64,000 bases of DNA from a virus (taxonomy: Duplodnaviria > Caudoviricetes). Below are positions 36,801 to 46,802 of this stretch, piece after piece (the stretch's first letter is position 1; every line of letters begins with the position of its first letter). The stretch spans positions 1 through 64,000 of the IMG/VR virus record IMGVR_UViG_3300005076_000002; one strand, given 5' to 3'. The translations under genes were made by a program, and so were the position numbers. Under the pieces are notes generated by a model. The model was not told the DNA's origin, made no database searches, and saw only the letters and a list, made by a program, of their open reading frames with translations.

Positions 36801-39800
36801 ACACTACCACCTTTTGTAGCGGCAGCACCTGCTGCGGTAGCGATCTTGGTCTTAGCACCACCAAGTACAGCGCCGACTTTAGACAGAATCCCAGAAGTGG
36901 CAATCTTTGCAGCTACCGCTTCCCAGGCGCCTAGGAACAGGCTCTTGATCCCACCGCCCAACGTAGCTAGAGCGGCTTTACCAAATACTTTCCCCATGCT
37001 GAGGAAAGAACCTATCCCACCGAACACCTTGCCTAGCCAGCTATCGCCATCTTTCTTGCCACCTGAGGCAGCGGCATTCTTTTCCTTATCGGCCTTGCGC
37101 TTCTCAGCGGCTTCCTCACGACGTTTCTTCCAAGCAGCCTTTATGGCCTGCCAGGAGTTATCACGAATACCATCACCGTCGGTGTCTGTGATATTGGCGA
37201 CTTCTGGTTTTGGAGTAGGTGGTTTGTTACCATCACCCTTCTTACCAGTTCCACCCGGCATACGTTCATCAAGCAATTGGTAGATTCGCTCCAAGATGTC
37301 TTGTGACTCCTTAGAGTTAATACCGCCAAACATGGGGAACTTACCTTTCAGCCAATCTTTACCAACGCCCAAGACATCGCCAATGAAGTCGATACCACGT
37401 TTACCCCACTCGAATGGCTTCTTAGCCATCTTCCAGGCAAATGCTCCGGCCGCAGTGAGTTTATCGCCGGCTTTCTGCCACTTACCTTTGAGCTCATTAC
37501 CTTCACGGTCGATCAGCTTAAAGTTGGGGTCAGCCAACTCACTGCTACTAATGATAACCTGATTGTGCTTGGTTATCACTTCGCCGGTGATATCATCAAT
37601 ACCGCGAATAGGCTTGCCGGTAGACGCATCAACATAGAACCCCTTAACCATTAGGTGATGGCGCAGACGCGGCTCACGTGGCTCTGGGTCGGTAGATGCG
37701 TAGATGTCTACAGAGGTGGTGGCTTCGCGCCAGATGTTCTTGATGCCGCCAAAGACATTGTTACGCACCCACTTGTGGGCGGAATGCGCGGCAGTTGCAG
37801 CAGAACGAATTTTCCCACCCAGCCAACCGGGCAAATCAACAGACAGTTTCTTCCAGCCCGACTCGCTCAAGTAACGCAGCTGACCAATACGCTTGGTCAT
37901 CTCCTCTTCAGAGATGATTACGTTTTGGTTCTCATCGTAAATACCGCCAACGATATCTTTGATGGATTTAATCTGCTTACCGTCTTTGGTGTAATACTTG
38001 CCAAGACGGATACCTGCTGCGCTAAGGACTACATTACCCTCCTCATCAACGATATCTCGTCTACCGAGGATTCCATCCTTGAACGCGCCAATGGCGGTCG
38101 TGGTTGCATTGAATGCATCCTTCACCCGTTTGATCGGGCTAAGGGCATCCAACTTACGTTTGCCCCAACGCCAAAGAACCTTAGCACGACGCCTATGGTT
38201 CTTAGAACGCTCCATAATGTTGTTCTTGAGCTTGCTGAGCATTCCCTTAGCGCTACGCGCGGAACGCGTTATAACGCCCTCGGGTGCGTCCTGATGGATG
38301 TTGATGTTAATGGCGTCAATGGCTTCAAGAATCTCATCGATTCGAGGCGCCACATTACTCTCTATGAGCGTTTCGTGAATGGCCTTGATCAGCGGCATAA
38401 GGTCTTCACGCTTTTCGTTCTCGGGACGATTACTTGTAGTGATCGACCTTACGATAGACTCGAGCGTTTCGTTATCCTTAAAGCCAAGACCAGTCCTGAT
38501 CCCCTGGGCAAAGATATCCGGGTTCAGACTTCCGAAGTTCTGTCCACGCTGAGAGCGAGGAGGTGCGGCACGGGCACCAAAGGCGGATATCCCTGACTCA
38601 ATCCCTGCGAGGCGACTTTTTGGCACATCATCGCCAAAAGCATAATCAGAGTCATCAAAATCACTAAAAGTTTCAAAGAGTTTTTCATTAGCCACCAACC
38701 TTCCATTAATATCTTTAAAGATACCAGCACGGTGAAGTGCTGCCCCACCATAGCGTTGTTCCAACGCGCTAACCTTCGCCTGCGTTTCGCCAAAGGCACC
38801 ACGCATACGCTTAAGCTTGTCAGACACTTGCAGGTTCAATGTTTCGGCTTTAGATTTCTCATCGGCCAACTCAGAGAACAAATCCTGGAGGTCATAGATA
38901 TCGGAGCTAGACTCCGAACCGTAGGCATCCATGGAATTAGCCAAGTCGAAGATGTCGAACTTGGTTGCATTACGTGCCTTGTCATCAATGACGCGTCTGA
39001 GAATCTCACGATCCTTTTCAGCGATTTCTTTATTGCCAAACAGATCTTTGATGATTTCATTGGAGTAACGTTCGACCGTCTCTTTGGTATACTGGTCGTC
39101 CATGGCACTGCGAACTATACGAGCGACATCACGCGTATTCACAAACTTACGTGTGGAAAAGTCGTACTGTTCTAATGCGGCGTTATCGCTATAGATGCCA
39201 CGGATGGACTGGTCGATTTTGGCCAGCTGGGCCGGGATGAGTTCTTCGATGGTCAGTACAAAGCGATTGGTGATCTTACCGCCTTGCCCCAACATCTCGA
39301 TCGAACGCTCATCGATACGTGCAGTCTCACCATTGAATTGTGGGCCATGCTCACCGAGGAAACGGAAAAGGCTGCCAAGGATTCCTTTCTCACGGCCTTC
39401 GTAGAAAGAGTTCTGGCCGTAAGTGTTGGCAATCTCGCCCAGGTTGCCGAGATAGTAGGCCGCGTTCTTACCGAAGCTGGACACCCCCTCATGGTTCTCG
39501 CCCCACTCGCGTGCTCTGGCTTGTAGCTTCCTCACTTGTGGGGTGATGAAACGATCAGCAAACATCGCGCCCGCACGGCTAGCGCCGGACTTCATGGTGT
39601 TATAGCGAGCGGCGGCAGGATCCCCCTCTTGTCCGTCATCCTCCTGCATGCTGTTCATCATGCCAGCCATACCACCTACTTCCGAGACGACGTCATTGAC
39701 ACCGCCTAAGAATTCGGAAATACGTGACTTAACAGAAGCGCCCAGCAATCGAGTATAGTTACGACTGAACTGGTTGGCGGACATCCCATCGATAATCTTA

Positions 39801-40618
39801 CGTTTAATCAGAGCAGCGGTAATTTCCCCGAACTCTTCTTTGGCGTAATCCGGCAATGCGGTGTTCTTAACGATGGCTTCCAATGCCGGGATAATTTTTT
39901 CGCTGGATTCAGTGGACAGCTTGAGCTGATCTTGCAATGCAAAGAGCTGGCGGAAGTTGAGCTCCAGCATTTTGCGCTTATATTCAGTGCCCGGACCGTT
40001 TTGATAAGAAACGATATTGCGAACGTCTACGCCGGTCTCTTTGAGAATACCGAGCATTGACTCTGTACGAATATCGCGAGCAGCTTCTTTTACTTCATTC
40101 TCAGCGCGGTCAGTGATCGAGTCTTCGGCTGACTGACGATCGTTGGCATTGGCTGATTTGAAGATAGAGTTCATTGCAGAGTCGATTTGCGACTGCTGCT
40201 GATCGAACTCATTACTGTAGCTTGGTTCTGCGGCGGTTGCCTTTTTCAGGCGTTCGTGCAGGGATTTCGGCATAAAGGGCTTAAGAAGCGGGAGTGCTTC
40301 TCGAGTAGCACGCTTTACTTCCTGTTTGGTTTTACGGAGACCCTCTTTGGCCTCGTAGTAAACGTCCCGCCCTTCGGAATAAAGACTATCATATGACTCG
40401 GCTGCGACCCGGTATTCTTCTGGGAGCGCCCCCAATATCAATTTACGCCGTTGTTCCGAACCCAAAATTTGATTTACCGCACCACCCCCAGCCGACATTG
40501 CAATATCCAGAGGCTGTCTGGATTTGGCCGGAATAGCGGGGGCGGCAGCGGGACCATCAAAGTCTAAATCCAGATCATCGTCCAAGTCGAAATCGTCGAG
40601 ATCTATATCTTTGGCCAT
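33887..40618 (-). CDS. Tape-measure-like tail protein with C-terminal lytic transglycosylase (phiKZ gp181-like)
   Basis: About 2240 aa, helical with a hydrophobic Gly/Ala-rich mid-section; SLT motif AMMESSLDP.A....SSAKGLFQF; divergent from vRNAP beta'. Confidence 0.88.
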   Translation of the reverse strand: MAKDIDLDDFDLDDDLDLDFDGPAAAPAIPAKSRQPLDIAMSAGGGAVNQILGSEQRRKLILGALPEEYRVAAESYDSLYSEGRDVYYEAKEGLRKTKQEVKRATREALPLLKPFMPKSLHERLKKATAAEPSYSNEFDQQQSQIDSAMNSIFKSANANDRQSAEDSITDRAENEVKEAARDIRTESMLGILKETGVDVRNIVSYQNGPGTEYKRKMLELNFRQLFALQDQLKLSTESSEKIIPALEAIVKNTALPDYAKEEFGEITAALIKRKIIDGMSANQFSRNYTRLLGASVKSRISEFLGGVNDVVSEVGGMAGMMNSMQEDDGQEGDPAAARYNTMKSGASRAGAMFADRFITPQVRKLQARAREWGENHEGVSSFGKNAAYYLGNLGEIANTYGQNSFYEGREKGILGSLFRFLGEHGPQFNGETARIDERSIEMLGQGGKITNRFVLTIEELIPAQLAKIDQSIRGIYSDNAALEQYDFSTRKFVNTRDVARIVRSAMDDQYTKETVERYSNEIIKDLFGNKEIAEKDREILRRVIDDKARNATKFDIFDLANSMDAYGSESSSDIYDLQDLFSELADEKSKAETLNLQVSDKLKRMRGAFGETQAKVSALEQRYGGAALHRAGIFKDINGRLVANEKLFETFSDFDDSDYAFGDDVPKSRLAGIESGISAFGARAAPPRSQRGQNFGSLNPDIFAQGIRTGLGFKDNETLESIVRSITTSNRPENEKREDLMPLIKAIHETLIESNVAPRIDEILEAIDAININIHQDAPEGVITRSARSAKGMLSKLKNNIMERSKNHRRRAKVLWRWGKRKLDALSPIKRVKDAFNATTTAIGAFKDGILGRRDIVDEEGNVVLSAAGIRLGKYYTKDGKQIKSIKDIVGGIYDENQNVIISEEEMTKRIGQLRYLSESGWKKLSVDLPGWLGGKIRSAATAAHSAHKWVRNNVFGGIKNIWREATTSVDIYASTDPEPREPRLRHHLMVKGFYVDASTGKPIRGIDDITGEVITKHNQVIISSSELADPNFKLIDREGNELKGKWQKAGDKLTAAGAFAWKMAKKPFEWGKRGIDFIGDVLGVGKDWLKGKFPMFGGINSKESQDILERIYQLLDERMPGGTGKKGDGNKPPTPKPEVANITDTDGDGIRDNSWQAIKAAWKKRREEAAEKRKADKEKNAAASGGKKDGDSWLGKVFGGIGSFLSMGKVFGKAALATLGGGIKSLFLGAWEAVAAKIATSGILSKVGAVLGGAKTKIATAAGAAATKGGSVLRATGGVLKWLGRATIMGGLRWAGTLAIGAISSPLAIAATVGYVAYKLATRKVAAPLDMYRFAQYGVQEYEREDKEDIPKLRYLEDSFLRYTSFNKEGVASIRGMNEAVTHRIAEGFGINPEDKDQQKRWNNWLFGRFIPAYLIWVSRARQHAPAVGLKDIGDKNKTHPILQKKIFDSCVLNDKHPIFRVDQGPFDDPTMLTGAEVVEIGNDVRDEIGTMVKFTPTMPEDRKKLNGAPDQKDLSGKAITSGDANNREEKKVDWKVAATAAEEDKNRRMDESMRKGNVAVYGVSTIVNGRPISKDIDALTAIRLRAYGLYKFDISRIAMLYKIEDLLTPGMIKESGRWVFKGNLDGITEEVVSILGVYFRDKTAVAKAKQWFTLRFLPIYLQYFNLVKQYIPNGNPFDLYNTSKTAELYDIGVGLVGAKVQFGGKKVSVWELDLSPWRVKNDYDPVAIGNAVNDNLRFLEERRKEMLLREQTKAKDKGIKAQAAPVRGGNRAIDWRVNQDKNKPSVASQREAAMANADISGMMEGGGSNVPANIDTSGFDIDTGLYNGVEEGSGGYADLKQYKGKDRATMAKLVAHAARLTGMDPGEMLTVAMMESSLDPGAGAKTSSAKGLFQFLVGGKWDTWGEVKRKWGNKYGIPSQASAFDPAANALLGGEFLKEGAKQAARALGRKANPADMYVMHMMGSGDGPKFLSNLTKNPNAIAAKVLQSAASANPGVFKDGQGRYRTFAQVYQSFIDRARTNQMHVKRYLGIAEKVPDAKVDLPGSDTKVSVPPALAAQAGDKGGPEVASPEAAKTASVAKAGADAAKSVRFANADVPLPIGGADKPVSEKEVSDAAKAMAKKNADAGAEVADIKDSGARIIADIDLEKHRQTVRSNNAASAVSENNAERGENMAVLMREQLKELRKISGTLLNIEKKVGGGGGFSGQQATPLKPVQQTTSRQQAAPSIVHADAPISMGRG

Positions 40619-40636
40619 AACCACCTCGGAAGCATT

Positions 40637-42253
40637 ATGAGCTATCTATCGTTTTATCTGCTAAACGTGGACAAGCGTGCGGTGTCGACACTCCGACCTA
40701 CCACCGCCTTGGATACGTACCAAGGCGCTACCAAAGATTTCCATGAAGACGGACTCTATTCCGTACTTACATTTGGCCCCATTGGTAGTGAACGCCGTGA
40801 CTTAACTTTCTCCTACATTGATGTAGGTATCGAAATCATTTCGCCTGCAATTGCGTTGACGTTGTTTGAGCTCAAGCACCTTTATAAGGATATCTTGGCC
40901 GGTAAACGTTATGCAATTTGGGATGAGAAAGAAAAAGATTTCTTCCCCGCCTCGCCAACCGATAGTGGTGCTTCGACGGGTTACTCTTTCTTTATTTCCA
41001 AATACAAGGATTTGAAACCGAAAGAAAACAAGTCTCTTATCCGTCAGCAGAATATCGATCTCTTTAACAAGTTCCGCGACATCGCAATGAGTCGTTATGT
41101 CCTTGTCCAACCTGCCGGTCTTCGTGACATGGAGGTGACTCCAGACGGACAGACAGAACGCGAGATGGATATCAACAAGTATTATCGGAAACTGCTCTCG
41201 ACCGCAAGTATCGTACCGACGTTGGGCAATACCAATACATCGGCGCTCGATACCACCCGTTGGTCTCTTCAAAACACCTTCAATGAAATCTACAAATACT
41301 TCTTCGACTTCGCTGACGGGAAGAAAGGTTTCATTCGCGGGAAGTGGGCTGCTCGCCGTTTGACTAACGGTACTCGAAACGTATTGTCCAGTATGGATAC
41401 TTCATCAGTGGTCATTGACCGTCCCGATGAGATGCGTCCTACCGATACGCTCGTGGGTCTGTTCCAGGGTTTGAAGAGTTTGGCGCCGGTGGCCATTCAT
41501 GCCATCCGTACCAAATACCTTCCTGACACATTCGGCCCCGACGGGACGATGTACCTGGTTAACAAGAAAACCCTCAAACGTGAAGTGGTGTTTGTGACCA
41601 CGGAAGACTACGATAAGTTCTCAACCGATGAAGGGATTGAGAAACTCATCAACCAGTTCCGTGACAACACCATTCGCCACAAAGAGATCATGGTTCAAGG
41701 CCACTACCTTGCCCTCATCTATAATGACGGCAAGGAGTTTAAGGTCTTCTACGACATCGGAGATTTGCCCGAAGGTCGTGATAAGAAGTTTGTCAAAGGC
41801 ATTACCTATGCGGAACTTCTCTATCTCAGTGGCCATGAGATCTGGAATGACTACTTCACAATCGTCACTCGCTACCCAGTAGCGGGTCAAGGCAGTACCT
41901 ATTCAAGCACTATAAGATTGACGACGACGACTTCTGTCTCAATGGTGTGGGAATTGAACGGGGACTGGGTTGGAAGACGAGAGAAGCCGGCAATTGATTT
42001 TCCTAACCGTGCTATTTCCGAATTCGTTTCTTCGATGGCGCCGCACAGTAGCCGACTGGCTGGACTCGTGGCTGACTTCGATGGCGATACCGGCAGTGGC
42101 GATTCTGTCTACACGGATGAAGCGTTAGAAGAAAACCGCAATATGATGAAGAAAGCAACCTATTGGGTTGAGGGCGGTCGTCTAACGATCGACATCTCAG
42201 GCTCAGGGCTGGTAGACCGAGTCATGCATAATCTTCTCGCAGATCCTCTCTAA
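40637..42253 (+). CDS. rpoC: Virion RNA polymerase beta' subunit, catalytic fragment (phiKZ gp180-like)
   Basis: DGLYS..TFG, GKKGFIRGK, TRYP, catalytic ADFDGD. Confidence 0.92.
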   Translation: MSYLSFYLLNVDKRAVSTLRPTTALDTYQGATKDFHEDGLYSVLTFGPIGSERRDLTFSYIDVGIEIISPAIALTLFELKHLYKDILAGKRYAIWDEKEKDFFPASPTDSGASTGYSFFISKYKDLKPKENKSLIRQQNIDLFNKFRDIAMSRYVLVQPAGLRDMEVTPDGQTEREMDINKYYRKLLSTASIVPTLGNTNTSALDTTRWSLQNTFNEIYKYFFDFADGKKGFIRGKWAARRLTNGTRNVLSSMDTSSVVIDRPDEMRPTDTLVGLFQGLKSLAPVAIHAIRTKYLPDTFGPDGTMYLVNKKTLKREVVFVTTEDYDKFSTDEGIEKLINQFRDNTIRHKEIMVQGHYLALIYNDGKEFKVFYDIGDLPEGRDKKFVKGITYAELLYLSGHEIWNDYFTIVTRYPVAGQGSTYSSTIRLTTTTSVSMVWELNGDWVGRREKPAIDFPNRAISEFVSSMAPHSSRLAGLVADFDGDTGSGDSVYTDEALEENRNMMKKATYWVEGGRLTIDISGSGLVDRVMHNLLADPL

Positions 42254-42265
42254 TACGGTGTAATA

Positions 42266-45200
42266 ATGGCTATCCTATTACGTAATTTTAACCGTAACTA
42301 TACGGTTATTCGTCTACCGCAGTTTGGCGCTCCGCGCGTTGCCAGTTTGGAACTGCTGGAATTGCCGCGTGGGAGTATTTTCCATTACCTGCCTGGTGAT
42401 GTTACTGAGATTGGACCCCCTCAGACATTGCAAGTTTTGGAGCGGGCTGAAAAGCTCGTTCAGGTAAGACACGTCCGTGAGTTGGCTACCGACAACATTC
42501 ACGGGCGTCCTATCCTTATTCCCACCCCGTTGGACCGTAAAATTTTACAGTACCACCGGTTAAACAAAAAACTGCGGATGATGCGTGACGATAGTCTTAT
42601 CACCCGTGACGAACGTACACTGCTGGTAGAGAACTATGCGTTGCTGCCGCAGCGCTATCGCTACCGTGAAACTCTGATGAGTTGGTATGATCGTTGGCAC
42701 AACCTCTACGTGACTATCTTCAACCAAATGAAGGAAGACACGAAGAAGTACGATCGTCAGAACTACATGTTCTTGCAGATGCCGGACGTTCTGCCTTCCA
42801 TCGCTCAACTGCGTCGTGCAGAGAAGAGTAAAGACCAAGCCTCTCTTCGCACTATCCGTACCGACCAAGCTCTGTTCTTCCTGGACCTGTGGACGTGGCT
42901 CGGTACTGAGCGTCGTCGTAGTCTGCTGTCCGTTCTGGATGAGCATGAACTGCGTCGCGTTAACATCGTGCTGGTTTACAAGGACAAGTTTGTCAACTTG
43001 AACTTGGGTGAGCTGGATTTCTGGCGTCGTAAAGAAAACAACATCGGTCTGGTTAAGCCTGAGCAAATGCAGCGTCGTCTTTACGCCACTGCGATGCGTC
43101 TGGCTACCGAGGCTGAAAGCCAGGCCAGCAAACTGGTAGTCGAAGACAACCAGGAAGAAATCGTTGAAGAAGAGAACCTCGAGCAAAATGCCGAGAATCC
43201 GAAGTTGGAAGATACCTTGGATGCGGATGAAGGTGATGACGGTGAAGATGAAGATGAGGCAGCTGTTAAGGTAGCGCCGGTCGAAATTGACACTGCTCTG
43301 GATCCTGACCCCAATGCTGAAGGTCAGTTCAACGAGGATGATGAAGGGGCGATCGAGGCAGAGTTGGCTAAGTATGACGATGTTGAGAAGCTGGGCATTG
43401 ATGAAGATGCCGAGTTTGAGATCGTCAAACAGCCGACCGATGAACAGCGAGAAGATGAAGTAATTGACATCTATCAGGTGCCGACCTTTGAGTCCGGTAT
43501 TGAGAAAGAGTGTCAGCGCTTTATCGATGCAGGGGCTCTGACTACTCGTGAATACGAGCGGGTTAAGAACCAGGCAGTTCTCTATAAGTCCATCCCCAAT
43601 CCGAACGGCGAGGGTCTGCTGGCTGAGCACATCACCGCTAAGCCGGAAGAGTTGAAGTTGGTGCGCAAGCAGATTCTTTCTGACGACCCTACCATCTTTG
43701 ATAAGACCGCTGCGGTTAGCGTCGGCAACAGCACCACTAAACAGTATATCCAAAAGGTTCTGCCTAAAGATATCAATGCATCCGTACTGAGCCTTCAAAA
43801 GGCTGGCTACATCGTGACCGACTATAACGTCGAGAAGATCGTAGATGCGGCTAACCGGGTAGAGCTCCACACTGTCCGGGTGAGCACTGTTAAGGGTGAG
43901 CAGTCCACACTGCGCTTTACCATCCCGACGTTCGATGATCATGGTTACTGGACTTCCAACGACATCACCTACACCCTGCGTAAGCAGCGTGTTGATTTGC
44001 CGATTCGTAAGACAGCTCCTGACACCGTGGCCTTGACCACGTTCTACGGTAAGAACTTTGTTCGCCGTAACGAGAAGAACGTCCACAATGCTACCCTGTG
44101 GCTCACTAACCAAATTGTGGCTCGGGGTATTGATCATAACGATCAGTCCATCACTAACGTTCGCTTCTCTAACGTGTTTGACCCGACAGTCAGACTGCCC
44201 AAAGACTATACCTCTATTGCAACTCGTTTGGCAGGGTTTGAATCCAATGGGATTACCTACCACTTCGACCATCGCAATATCGAGAAGAACTTTGGCGGGG
44301 AACTGGTTAAAGAGCTCAAGGATAAATCGCTGGTACCGATCGCTAAGAAAGGTGAGGCAGTCTATGCGATGGATCCGACCAGTATGGTCTACAAGCAAAC
44401 TGCGAAGGGCGTGGAGGAAGTTGGTACGATTACCGACATTCTCAACATCGATTCTGGTAAGCGACCGTATGAGTTTGCAGAACTGTCGTTGATGGGTAAG
44501 GCCATCCCGCTGGCAATCATCTTCTCCTATTACCTCGGTATCGAGCGAATGCTCAAGCTTTACAAGATCCCTTACCGGATTACCGAGAGTACGGAACGGG
44601 GTAACGCTGCAACCGACGACCTCGTGATGAAGATGAGCGACTGTAAGCTGGTGATTATGCCGGAGAACTCTGAGCAGCGAATGTTGCTCAACGGTTTGAG
44701 GCCATATCTCAAATTGACGTCTGCGTATACCCTGCGCGATTTCAACCAGCCTGACGTTTATCTGAACCTGATTCAGAAAGACGGCCTGTCAGTTCGCTAT
44801 CTCAACGAACTGACGCTGATGGATGACCTGTTCATTGACCCGATCGCTGATCGGATGTTGCAGAAGATGGGTGAACCTCGGACGTTCCAAGGTCTGCTCA
44901 AACGCGCTAACGAAATGCTGGTCTTTGATGATGCACCGCATGAAACTGATGCGGAACACATGCACATCTTTAGCCACCAGCGTATTGCCGGTGCCGTCTA
45001 TACCGAGATGGTTCGCTCGGTTCGTGAGTATCGTAACAAGCCTGGTTCTCGTAAGAAACTCGAGATGCATAACCAGGCAGTCTGGCAACGGATCACGCAA
45101 GACCCGGCAGCTGCACCTTCCTCGGATGCAAACCCACTACATTCGGTTAAAGAGGCTGACGTAGTTACCTTTGGTGGTAACGGTGGTCGTAGTCGTCGAA

Positions 45201-46561
45201 GTATGGTGAAACACACCCGTGCCTATACCAAGAGTGATCTTGGGATTGTGTCCGGCGACACCGTGGATAACGGTGACGTAGGTATGACAGCCTATCTGTG
45301 TGCCGACCCGCTCTTTGATGACGTTGACGGGATTCTCAGAAAAGACATCGACCGTGATAACCTCACGATCAGTCAGCTCATGAGTAACTGCACGTCCATT
45401 GCCCCTGGGGCGGTTTTCGATGACGATAAACGGAACAACTTCGTAGGTATCCAACACGGCTCTGGTATTGCTGCTGAGGGGTATGAAGTTACTGGTCTGC
45501 GTACTGGAGCTGAGAAGCTCATCGCTCACCGCACTGGCCCTACCCAGGCTAACGCGGCAGAGGCTGACGGTAAAGTGGTGGCGCTCGAGCCCACCTACAT
45601 TACTATCCAGTATGGTAGTGGGAAAGACACGTATTCCAAGTCTTACAAATTGGGACGCCATTTTGGACGACATGAGGGTAGTACGTTCCCCCACACGCTG
45701 GTAACTAATTTGAAGTTGGGTCAGAAGGTGGGTGTCTCTGACATCGTTACGTATAACGAGAACTTCTTTGAGCCTGACCTGTTCAACCCAAAACAGGTGA
45801 ACTGGAAAGCGGGTGTAATGGCTACCGTGGTATTGCTAGAAGGTACTGACACGCTCGAAGACTCGAGTGCGGTTAGTAAACGTCTGGCAGAGAAACTGCG
45901 GGCACCGTTGACTAAGACCAAATACGTTACTGTCCGTTTTGATCAGGCAGTGCATGGACTCGTTAAGGAAGGCGATGAGGTAACGCCGGAAACTATTTTA
46001 TGTACCATTGAAGACTCCCTCACAGCAAACAATGAAGTGTTTGACGATGAGAGTCTTGAGACCCTACGGTCTATTTCGGCTCAAGTGCCTAAGGCTAAAG
46101 CAGGCGGTGTAATCGACAAGATCGAAGTCTTCTATAATGGCGACAAGGATGAAATGTCCGAAACGATTCGGGCAATCGCTAATATGGGAGACCGGGCACG
46201 GAAAAAGGAGGCTGCTCAGTCTCCTGATACGATGGCCGAGACGGGTCGAGTCGACAGCAGCTTGCGACTGGACGGTAAGCCTGTGGAATTGGATACATTG
46301 GTAATTCGTATCTATATTACTCAGCGCGTTCCGGCCGTTGGCGGTGATAAGGCTGTATTTGCTAACCAGATGAAGTCTACCTTCCGTCGTATTCTGGCGG
46401 GTAAGAACCGTACCGTGAGTGGACTTGAACTCGATGCAATCTTTGGTAAGGAATCCATCGATGCGCGGGTGGTATTGTCCGTTTACAAAATCGGGACTAC
46501 TAATACACTCTGTCGCCTAATATCTGAACACTGCCGTGCCATCCTTGCGAAACACGGTTAA
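42266..46561 (+). CDS. rpoB: Virion RNA polymerase beta subunit, large fragment (phiKZ gp178-like)
   Basis: 1431 aa; G.GGRS, DD.KR..F..IQ, LEDS..VS, GDK.VFANQMK; synteny with beta' and the protease. Confidence 0.9.
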   Translation: MAILLRNFNRNYTVIRLPQFGAPRVASLELLELPRGSIFHYLPGDVTEIGPPQTLQVLERAEKLVQVRHVRELATDNIHGRPILIPTPLDRKILQYHRLNKKLRMMRDDSLITRDERTLLVENYALLPQRYRYRETLMSWYDRWHNLYVTIFNQMKEDTKKYDRQNYMFLQMPDVLPSIAQLRRAEKSKDQASLRTIRTDQALFFLDLWTWLGTERRRSLLSVLDEHELRRVNIVLVYKDKFVNLNLGELDFWRRKENNIGLVKPEQMQRRLYATAMRLATEAESQASKLVVEDNQEEIVEEENLEQNAENPKLEDTLDADEGDDGEDEDEAAVKVAPVEIDTALDPDPNAEGQFNEDDEGAIEAELAKYDDVEKLGIDEDAEFEIVKQPTDEQREDEVIDIYQVPTFESGIEKECQRFIDAGALTTREYERVKNQAVLYKSIPNPNGEGLLAEHITAKPEELKLVRKQILSDDPTIFDKTAAVSVGNSTTKQYIQKVLPKDINASVLSLQKAGYIVTDYNVEKIVDAANRVELHTVRVSTVKGEQSTLRFTIPTFDDHGYWTSNDITYTLRKQRVDLPIRKTAPDTVALTTFYGKNFVRRNEKNVHNATLWLTNQIVARGIDHNDQSITNVRFSNVFDPTVRLPKDYTSIATRLAGFESNGITYHFDHRNIEKNFGGELVKELKDKSLVPIAKKGEAVYAMDPTSMVYKQTAKGVEEVGTITDILNIDSGKRPYEFAELSLMGKAIPLAIIFSYYLGIERMLKLYKIPYRITESTERGNAATDDLVMKMSDCKLVIMPENSEQRMLLNGLRPYLKLTSAYTLRDFNQPDVYLNLIQKDGLSVRYLNELTLMDDLFIDPIADRMLQKMGEPRTFQGLLKRANEMLVFDDAPHETDAEHMHIFSHQRIAGAVYTEMVRSVREYRNKPGSRKKLEMHNQAVWQRITQDPAAAPSSDANPLHSVKEADVVTFGGNGGRSRRSMVKHTRAYTKSDLGIVSGDTVDNGDVGMTAYLCADPLFDDVDGILRKDIDRDNLTISQLMSNCTSIAPGAVFDDDKRNNFVGIQHGSGIAAEGYEVTGLRTGAEKLIAHRTGPTQANAAEADGKVVALEPTYITIQYGSGKDTYSKSYKLGRHFGRHEGSTFPHTLVTNLKLGQKVGVSDIVTYNENFFEPDLFNPKQVNWKAGVMATVVLLEGTDTLEDSSAVSKRLAEKLRAPLTKTKYVTVRFDQAVHGLVKEGDEVTPETILCTIEDSLTANNEVFDDESLETLRSISAQVPKAKAGGVIDKIEVFYNGDKDEMSETIRAIANMGDRARKKEAAQSPDTMAETGRVDSSLRLDGKPVELDTLVIRIYITQRVPAVGGDKAVFANQMKSTFRRILAGKNRTVSGLELDAIFGKESIDARVVLSVYKIGTTNTLCRLISEHCRAILAKHG

Positions 46562-46604
46562 ATCCCAATGGGGGCGGTAACGCCCCCTCACTTCGGAGAG
46601 TAAT

Positions 46605-46802
46605 ATGCACGTTACCCTTGAACGTCAGAATCTGGTGGTTCTGTCGAACCTGATCGAACTGACCGTCAAATCCACTATGAAGGTTCTCGGCAATGATACG
46701 TCGAAGACCATGTCTGGTGTGAAGCTGACTCGTCAAATGGTTGCTGATGCGGCAACCGCCCATCTCAACTCTCACATCAGCGTACGCATCGGGAGCAAAT
46801 AA
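46605..46802 (+). CDS. Small conserved hypothetical protein
   Basis: 65 aa, SD GGAG, abuts the next gene. Confidence 0.65.
   Translation: MHVTLERQNLVVLSNLIELTVKSTMKVLGNDTSKTMSGVKLTRQMVADAATAHLNSHISVRIGSK

Noticed and set aside
40637-46561. Introns, inteins or homing endonucleases in or between the vRNAP genes
   Set aside because: Both ORFs are continuous with only 12 bp between them; no HNH, LAGLIDADG or intein motifs seen
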